DNA from: Candidatus Firestoneibacteriota bacterium
GTDB taxonomy: Bacteria; Oederibacteriota; D2-FULL-39-29; JBBTED01
Assembly (NCBI GenBank): GCA_038042445.1
Contig: JBBTED010000002.1
Span: 1-64,000, forward strand
Direction: 5' to 3'
DNA length: 64,000 bases
Shown: positions 57,680 to 64,000 of the stretch, in pieces
Position numbering within the stretch: the stretch's first letter is position 1
How the letters are laid out: each line of letters begins with the position of its first letter
The notes under the pieces: generated by a model
What the model saw: the letters and a program-made list of their open reading frames with translations, nothing else
What the model was told of the DNA's origin: nothing
Databases searched by the model: none
Translations under genes and position numbers: made by a program

Positions 57680-59245
57680 TCAGTGTTTAAAATGCCTCAT
57701 GCCTGTAAAAACCATTGCAATATTATGTTTATCTGCCATTGATATAACGTTTTCATCTTCTTTGGCACCGCCTGGCTGTATTATACTGGTTATAGAAAAT
57801 TTGGCTGCAACTTCTATATTGTCGGCTTTAGGGAAAAGTCCGTCTGATGCTAAACAAGAACCTTTTGCTTTATCTCCAGCTTGTTCACAGGCAATTTTTA
57901 CTGAACCAACTCTATTCATCTGACCTGCACCAATTCCCAAAGTTTGTTTATTTTTCGCCACTACTATTGCATTGCTTTTTACATGCTTAACCACTTTCCA
58001 TGCAAAAAATAAATCTTCTAATTCAGCTTTTGTAGGTGTTTTTTTTGTTACAACCTTAAGACTGGAAATATCAATATCCATTACATCTCTATCCTGCACA
58101 AGCACACCTCCAACAACTTTTTTTATATCAAACCCTAAAACTGTTTTGCTTTTACTTTCAAGCCCGGCAATTTTCAAAATCCTGATATCTTTTTTCTTCT
58201 GTAGAATTTCCAATGCATCTGTATCATAATCCGGAGCAATAATAATCTCTATAAATTTAGAACTAATATGCTCTGCTATTTTCTTGGATAATTTTCTATT
58301 TAAAGTAATTATCCCTCCAAATGCAGATAAAGAATCCGCATCATAAGCACGTCTGTATGCTTCGTCTATATTATCAGCACAAGCAGTTCCACAGGGATTT
58401 GTATGTTTAATAATAGTAGCAGCAGGCATATCAAATTCTTTTATAATCTCAATTGATGAATTTGCATCAAGTATATTATTAAAAGATAGTTCTTTGCCAT
58501 GTAATTGCACTGCTGAACTAATACAAGGTTCAGATATATTCAGCTCTTTATATTTATAAAAAGCAGCCAACTGATGAGGATTCTCACCATATCTTAAATC
58601 CTGAACTTTTTCAAATTTTACATCTAAAATTTTAGGGAATTTTGCATCATCTTTCTTAAATAATTTGCTAAAATGATTGTATATCATCGTATCATAAGCT
58701 GCAGTATGTTCAAATGCTTCAACCATTAATTCTCTTTTTGTATTATAGCTTATTTCACAATTATTCGTTTTAAGCTCACTAATAATTTCTTTATACTTAT
58801 TTGGATTAACCACAACTACTACATCCTCAAAATTCTTTGAAGCTGAACGAAGCATTGATGGACCACCTATATCAATATTTTCAATTGTTTCTTCCAGTGT
58901 AACATCTGATTTTGCAATAGTTTTTGCAAATGGATACAAATTAACCACCACCATATCTATAGGTATTATATTATGTTTTTTTAACTGATTTATATGTTCT
59001 TCATTTCTACGCAATGCAAGCAATGCACCATGTATTTTAGGATGAAGCGTTTTAACTCTTCCATCCATCATTTCAGGAAAACCTGTAACTTCAGAAACAT
59101 CAGTAACTTTTAAACCTGCATCTTTTAAAGCTTTAGCAGTTCCACCTGTAGACAAAATTTCCACACCAAATAATTCAAGACTTTGAGCAAATTCTATTAT
59201 GCCTGTTTTATCTGAAACACTTATTAGAGCTCTTTTAACTTTCAC
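57680..59245 (-). CDS. purH: Bifunctional AICAR transformylase/IMP cyclohydrolase
   Basis: RALISVSDK, GRVKTLHP, IDIGGP, LRYGENPHQ, RHFKH. Confidence 0.98.
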   Translation of the reverse strand: MKVKRALISVSDKTGIIEFAQSLELFGVEILSTGGTAKALKDAGLKVTDVSEVTGFPEMMDGRVKTLHPKIHGALLALRRNEEHINQLKKHNIIPIDMVVVNLYPFAKTIAKSDVTLEETIENIDIGGPSMLRSASKNFEDVVVVVNPNKYKEIISELKTNNCEISYNTKRELMVEAFEHTAAYDTMIYNHFSKLFKKDDAKFPKILDVKFEKVQDLRYGENPHQLAAFYKYKELNISEPCISSAVQLHGKELSFNNILDANSSIEIIKEFDMPAATIIKHTNPCGTACADNIDEAYRRAYDADSLSAFGGIITLNRKLSKKIAEHISSKFIEIIIAPDYDTDALEILQKKKDIRILKIAGLESKSKTVLGFDIKKVVGGVLVQDRDVMDIDISSLKVVTKKTPTKAELEDLFFAWKVVKHVKSNAIVVAKNKQTLGIGAGQMNRVGSVKIACEQAGDKAKGSCLASDGLFPKADNIEVAAKFSITSIIQPGGAKEDENVISMADKHNIAMVFTGMRHFKH

Positions 59246-59258
59246 AATTTTCCTCCTT

Positions 59259-60710
59259 TTACCATATTCCTATAGCATTTTCTCTTGGTTTTTCTGCTTC
59301 AATCATAAGTGAAACCAATTTTTGCATTAACATATCTCTTAATTTAAAATCTTTATTCCAGAGATTATTCGTTTCCATAGAATCATCTATAAGATTATAT
59401 ATTTCTCCTTCATTTGTTGTTGGATAAAAATTCATCTTACAACCATTATAGATAACTGTTCTATTCTGAAATTTATTAAAACCTTCTACCATTATAGCAT
59501 CACGAGGATTTTCATCACCTGATAGTAAAGGAATTAAACTTTTTGCTGTAATTTTTGGTTTTGAAATTTTTGCTAAGTCACAAATCGTAGGCATAATATC
59601 ATACGACATAATTAGCGAATCAACTTTTTTAGCTTTTGAAAACTTTTTAGGATACGAAAAAATAAACGGCACTTTAATTAAAGATTCGTAATAAAATGGG
59701 CCTTTGGTTGCAAGACCATGATCACCTAATAATTCACCATGGTCAGATACAAAAAATATTGCAGTATTCTCAAGCAATTGATTTTCTTTCAAATAATTAA
59801 TCACTCTTCCTACGTTTTTATCAATCAATGAAATCATTCCATAATAATGTGCTATCATTTTTTTCCAGTCATTTATTGTATGTTTCTGAAAACTTTTATA
59901 CCGCCCTATACCAGTTTTTATAGTATATTCAGTTTTATAAGTTTTTAAAAAATGTTTAGGTAAGTTTTTAAATTCCTTCTCGTCCATAAAAATAGGATTG
60001 GGTATATCCTTTGGGTCATACATTTTATCATACGGCACTGGCGGATCAAAAGGATGGTGTGGATCCCAAAATGAACAATGCAGTAAAAAAGGTTTATTCT
60101 TGTTACGTTTTTCTAAAAATTTAATTGAATTATCTGCTGTCCATGTAGAACGATGTAATTCTTCAGGAATAGGACTACTATACGTCTGAAATGGCATATC
60201 AGATTTATACGAAGTTGGATAATGATTTGCAGATTTCCAAAGGTCAGGACGCTTTTTCTTAATCATTTTTAGATATTGTGATTTTTCCCCTTCCACAAAA
60301 TTTATTTTTTCAAAACCATAGTATGGATATTTTTGGGGAATTTCACCGGGCTCATATACTGGCATATCAAACCCTCTGCTTATAGGTGCAAAATGCATCT
60401 TGCCACTTGCAAAAGTTTGATACCCACTTTTTCGTAAAAGTTCCGGGTATACAGGAAAATTTTTTGATAAAGGAACCCCGTTATCAGTATTTCCATGAAC
60501 AGAAGGATACAATCCAGTTATCATAGAACATCTTTGAGGCACGCAAAGTGGCTGACAAACATAAGCATTTTGAAAATTCAAACCAGTTTGTGCCAAAGAA
60601 TCAATGTTTGGTGTTTTAATTACAAAATTACCATTACACCCTAAGGAATCAAACCTTTGTTGGTCAGTCAGAAAAACTAAAATGTTTGGTTTATTATCTC
60701 TATTATTCAT
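59259..60710 (-). CDS. Cys-type sulfatase
   Basis: PNIL..LTDQQR, CVPQR, GKMH, PHHP, SDHG. Confidence 0.93.
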   Translation of the reverse strand: MNNRDNKPNILVFLTDQQRFDSLGCNGNFVIKTPNIDSLAQTGLNFQNAYVCQPLCVPQRCSMITGLYPSVHGNTDNGVPLSKNFPVYPELLRKSGYQTFASGKMHFAPISRGFDMPVYEPGEIPQKYPYYGFEKINFVEGEKSQYLKMIKKKRPDLWKSANHYPTSYKSDMPFQTYSSPIPEELHRSTWTADNSIKFLEKRNKNKPFLLHCSFWDPHHPFDPPVPYDKMYDPKDIPNPIFMDEKEFKNLPKHFLKTYKTEYTIKTGIGRYKSFQKHTINDWKKMIAHYYGMISLIDKNVGRVINYLKENQLLENTAIFFVSDHGELLGDHGLATKGPFYYESLIKVPFIFSYPKKFSKAKKVDSLIMSYDIMPTICDLAKISKPKITAKSLIPLLSGDENPRDAIMVEGFNKFQNRTVIYNGCKMNFYPTTNEGEIYNLIDDSMETNNLWNKDFKLRDMLMQKLVSLMIEAEKPRENAIGIW

Positions 60711-62161
60711 AACAACCCTAATCTTTTAAATTGTTCACGTGGGGCATCAACTTGTTTCATATGTTTTACTAATAATTCTATATATTTTTTCTCTATTTTT
60801 CTATCTGAAATTGGATTTAACTGCTCATAATCATTTTTTATATCAAAAAGAATTGAGTATTCTTGGTCCAAAGAGCGTTTATTTTCTACTTCTGAACGCA
60901 AAACAGGAAAATCTGTATATGGTAAAAATTTCCCTAATTCACATTTTTTGAAAAATTCTTTTGATGGTAAATCATGGTGTGAAATTTTTGTAGGAGTTAA
61001 AAAATATTGGTATAGAGGTTTATTCTCTTTCTTAGCTGCTGCACGAAAATAGGTATATTTTCCATCTGTAATATTTACTGTTTGACCAAACCATCCATAT
61101 AATGCTGTTTTTCTTTTTGACTCTACATTATCTTTAAGAATACTCATCAAAGAATACCCATTTATTGGATTGTTAAATTTAACAGAAAAATATTCCAATA
61201 TAGTAGGCATAATATCTATATTTTGTGATAATTGATTTCGTTTTTCTCCTGCATATTTGCTTTTCGGTAAATGCACAATTAAAGGAATATGTGCCATTTG
61301 GTTCCATGCATACCACTTAGATTTACCTGCTAAACCGTGTTCACCAAGCATATGACCATGGTCAGTAGTAAATATAATTAATGTATCTTCAAATCCATTT
61401 TGCCTTTCTATTTCATCTAATAATTTGCCAAACCATTTATCCGCCATAGTTAAAGTAGCTGCATATTTCTTTCTTAAATGTTTTGTTGCCTCACTGTGTT
61501 CATTTACTTCTTCATACCCACTCCAGTCATAATGTTCACCTTTCCATGTATCATTATATAAATCTACGATTTCATCAGGAGTATCAAATGGTTCATGAGG
61601 ATCAAATGCTTCAACCCATAAAAAATAATCATCTGCATCTTTGTTGTTTTTAAGCCATTCAACAGCACCCTGAAATGTTCGAGGTGTAGGATAATTCGCA
61701 TCAGTTTTGAATAAAGATTTATTTTTTGTATATAGTTCACACCATTGCCCAAGATGTTTTGGAGCTTTAATAGATTTTACTTTTGAAATATAACCATCAT
61801 GCTCCTGACCTCTGTGAAATGCCCATGTATTAAAACAAGTATTATAGTTTTCTCCACCTACATGAAAATAATGATAATGATCAGTTTCCATATGTGTAAA
61901 TATGCCAGCTTTTCTTAACAATGTTGGAAAAGGTATATCATAAGGCTCAAATCCTCCCCAACCTCGTTCCAAAAAATTCAATCTACCTGTAAGCATATCT
62001 CGTCTTGCAGGCATACACGGTGCTGAACCAAGCCAGTGATTTGTAAAAATTAGTGAACGCTTGGCAAATCTTTCAATATTAGGAGTCTTTACCCAGGTAT
62101 TGCCATAAATTGAAAGATAATTCCTATTCAATGAATCCATTAAAACAAATATTGCTTTCAT
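60707..62161 (-). CDS. Cys-type sulfatase
   Basis: MDSLNR, CMPAR, FDPHEP, TDHG. Confidence 0.92.
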   Translation of the reverse strand: MKAIFVLMDSLNRNYLSIYGNTWVKTPNIERFAKRSLIFTNHWLGSAPCMPARRDMLTGRLNFLERGWGGFEPYDIPFPTLLRKAGIFTHMETDHYHYFHVGGENYNTCFNTWAFHRGQEHDGYISKVKSIKAPKHLGQWCELYTKNKSLFKTDANYPTPRTFQGAVEWLKNNKDADDYFLWVEAFDPHEPFDTPDEIVDLYNDTWKGEHYDWSGYEEVNEHSEATKHLRKKYAATLTMADKWFGKLLDEIERQNGFEDTLIIFTTDHGHMLGEHGLAGKSKWYAWNQMAHIPLIVHLPKSKYAGEKRNQLSQNIDIMPTILEYFSVKFNNPINGYSLMSILKDNVESKRKTALYGWFGQTVNITDGKYTYFRAAAKKENKPLYQYFLTPTKISHHDLPSKEFFKKCELGKFLPYTDFPVLRSEVENKRSLDQEYSILFDIKNDYEQLNPISDRKIEKKYIELLVKHMKQVDAPREQFKRLGLL

Positions 62162-63327
62162 AAAACATCTCCTTTTTTGTTGTATTTTTCAATTATCATT
62201 TTTGTTAAAATTTCTTTTGATTTAAGTTTAGAAATATTCGTAAGCACATATTGGACACCATAAGTTTTAATAATTTTAGCTAACTTTACTGCGTGTTCAT
62301 CTTTTTCATAATTATAATGCAAGGCTGCTGCAATAGCCAAAGAAATATTTTCCGGTTTAACACCATATTTTAGTGCTAATTTTGCAGAACCTATTAACCT
62401 GTCATTTTTTCCTAATTTTCTTATAGGATCTCTTGCTAATCTTACAATTGTATCTCCTAAATTTTTATTTGAAAATCGTACCAATAAATCATTTATATAT
62501 TCATCTATTTCTTTTTTTGTAAGATTATATTTTTTCCTCAAGGCATCACCGGATTCATTCATTGCTTTTTTAGTTACGCTTATGATATTTTTATCAGCAA
62601 TAGCTTCCCATACATATTTATATTTTTTAAAGTATCCTAAAAAAGCACATACTGCATGACCAAGATTATGTATAAATAATTTTCTCTCTTCATAAAATTT
62701 AAAATTATCACAAGCTATCATATTTTTCACATCAGGTATTTCACCTTTAAACCCTTTTTTGGCTACAGGCAATATGCTATATTCCTCTGCTTTCACATAC
62801 AGCAAATCCTTTTTCTTTATCGTGTCAGGCAAAACTGGAATCATCCTGCCAATTACAGTCTCAACAAATCCTACATATTTATCAAGATAACCAATATATT
62901 TTTTCTCTAATAATGATTTAATATATTCCTTCAGTATTTTACCTGCAGAAAGCAGATTTTCGCATATTATTATATTAACAGGTAATTCTATCTTGTTTTC
63001 TGCACGATATCTTATACCTTCAGCTATAGCAGGACATACACTTTTTATTACATTTACACCAACAGCTGTAGCAATAATATCAGCATTTTGTATTTCACCG
63101 GCAACTACATCTATATCAGTACCATTAACTGCTCGGACATTTGTAATACTGATTTTTTTATTTTTCTTACCCAATATTTCAAGTGTATACTTTTTTTCTT
63201 TATTCAATGCATCAATTATTTTTTTATCTATATCAACAAATACAACTTCATATCTGGATTCTGTAAATAATTGTGCTATAAATCCACGCCCTATATTACC
63301 TGCACCAAATTGTATTAATTTTTTCAT
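62158..63327 (-). CDS. mtlD: Mannitol-1-phosphate 5-dehydrogenase family protein
   Basis: QFGAGNIGRGFI, TAVG, CEN, ERKLFIHNLGH, RDPIRKL..DRL. Confidence 0.88.
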   Translation of the reverse strand: MKKLIQFGAGNIGRGFIAQLFTESRYEVVFVDIDKKIIDALNKEKKYTLEILGKKNKKISITNVRAVNGTDIDVVAGEIQNADIIATAVGVNVIKSVCPAIAEGIRYRAENKIELPVNIIICENLLSAGKILKEYIKSLLEKKYIGYLDKYVGFVETVIGRMIPVLPDTIKKKDLLYVKAEEYSILPVAKKGFKGEIPDVKNMIACDNFKFYEERKLFIHNLGHAVCAFLGYFKKYKYVWEAIADKNIISVTKKAMNESGDALRKKYNLTKKEIDEYINDLLVRFSNKNLGDTIVRLARDPIRKLGKNDRLIGSAKLALKYGVKPENISLAIAAALHYNYEKDEHAVKLAKIIKTYGVQYVLTNISKLKSKEILTKMIIEKYNKKGDVL

Positions 63328-63341
63328 ATTGAACTACTTGT

Positions 63342-64000
63342 TTATGGAAAAATGAGTTTGGAAAAATCTGCAATTTTGCCTAGCATAAAATGTATTTTTC
63401 TAAGTAAAAATAAGCGGTTTTCTCGTACTTTAGTGTCTTTTGCCATAACCATAACTTTATCAAAAAAAGTGTCTATAAATGGACATAGTTTTTGCATTTC
63501 AGCAAATGCGAGCTTATATTCTCTTTTTTCAACCAAATCGTTTATCGTATTGGATATCTTTTTGTACATTGCATAAAGTTGTTTTTCTGCATCATTTTCA
63601 AAACGTGCTTCATCAACAGTTATTATAGATTCCTTGTCAAGACCAAAGCTTTTATTTTTTTTCTCTACTGGCAAAATATTTATCACTCGGCTAAATACTG
63701 TAACAGTCTTTTCAAAATCTTTTTCTTTGCGTAGTTCAGAAAGAGCATCAGCACGCAGTTTTGCATCAAGTGGATTATCAAAATTGGATAAAACTGCATT
63801 TGCAACATCATATCGTATCCCCTGTTCCAACAAAATTCCTTCTATACGTTCTTTCAAAAAATTAAGGACTAAATTTTCTGGAAGCATACTGCCAAGAAGA
63901 TTAAAAGAAGGAGTTTGATCATATGTCACTCTTGCTGCAAGAACTAAATCACTTAATGATAAATTTAATTTACAAATCAATAAAATATTTATAATTCCTA
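63342..64000 (-). CDS. glyS: Glycine--tRNA ligase beta subunit, C-terminal part (5' end outside window)
   Basis: Frame open to the edge; FSRVINIL, FFDKVMVM, RENRL, ADFSKL anticodon-binding region. Confidence 0.92.
   Translation of the reverse strand, partial: GIINILLICKLNLSLSDLVLAARVTYDQTPSFNLLGSMLPENLVLNFLKERIEGILLEQGIRYDVANAVLSNFDNPLDAKLRADALSELRKEKDFEKTVTVFSRVINILPVEKKNKSFGLDKESIITVDEARFENDAEKQLYAMYKKISNTINDLVEKREYKLAFAEMQKLCPFIDTFFDKVMVMAKDTKVRENRLFLLRKIHFMLGKIADFSKLIFP

Overview
Low-GC bacterial chromosomal window from a probably diderm organism (TonB/ExbBD/TonB-dependent receptor, MlaE); the taxon cannot be assigned from this alone. Layout: (1) 1-1166, partial AlbA_2/Schlafen-ATPase gene. 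(2) 1.5-17.2 kb, a surface glycan/glycolipid-type cluster with five B12-dependent radical SAM enzymes, two other radical SAM enzymes, three GT2s, an SDR, a methyltransferase and a GT-C-like membrane protein. (3) pstSCAB1B2-phoU. (4) ECF sigma-DUF4097-tonB-TBDR-exbBDD. (5) 28.5-64 kb, minus-strand, mostly housekeeping genes (rlmB, cysS, cysE, gltX, hisC, pheA, scpBA, trpS, maf, trkA pair, rplS/trmD/khpA/rpsP, thyX, rpe, rlmN, purH, glyS), with a Crp/Fnr-regulated redox/NO-stress operon, two sulfatases and a dehydrogenase split by a TAG codon. The most striking unannotated structure is a dense set of short palindromic repeats (CGTC-type, GTAG-type and a C-rich hairpin). They occur naked, packaged inside three different MITE shells with target-site duplications, nested in one another, supplying stop codons or C-termini to several genes, and once in frame inside a TonB-dependent receptor. 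The two PstB ATPases carry complementary degenerate motifs, suggesting an asymmetric heterodimer. No rRNA, tRNA, CRISPR array or transposase was recognised. All family assignments come from motif reading, not database searches.
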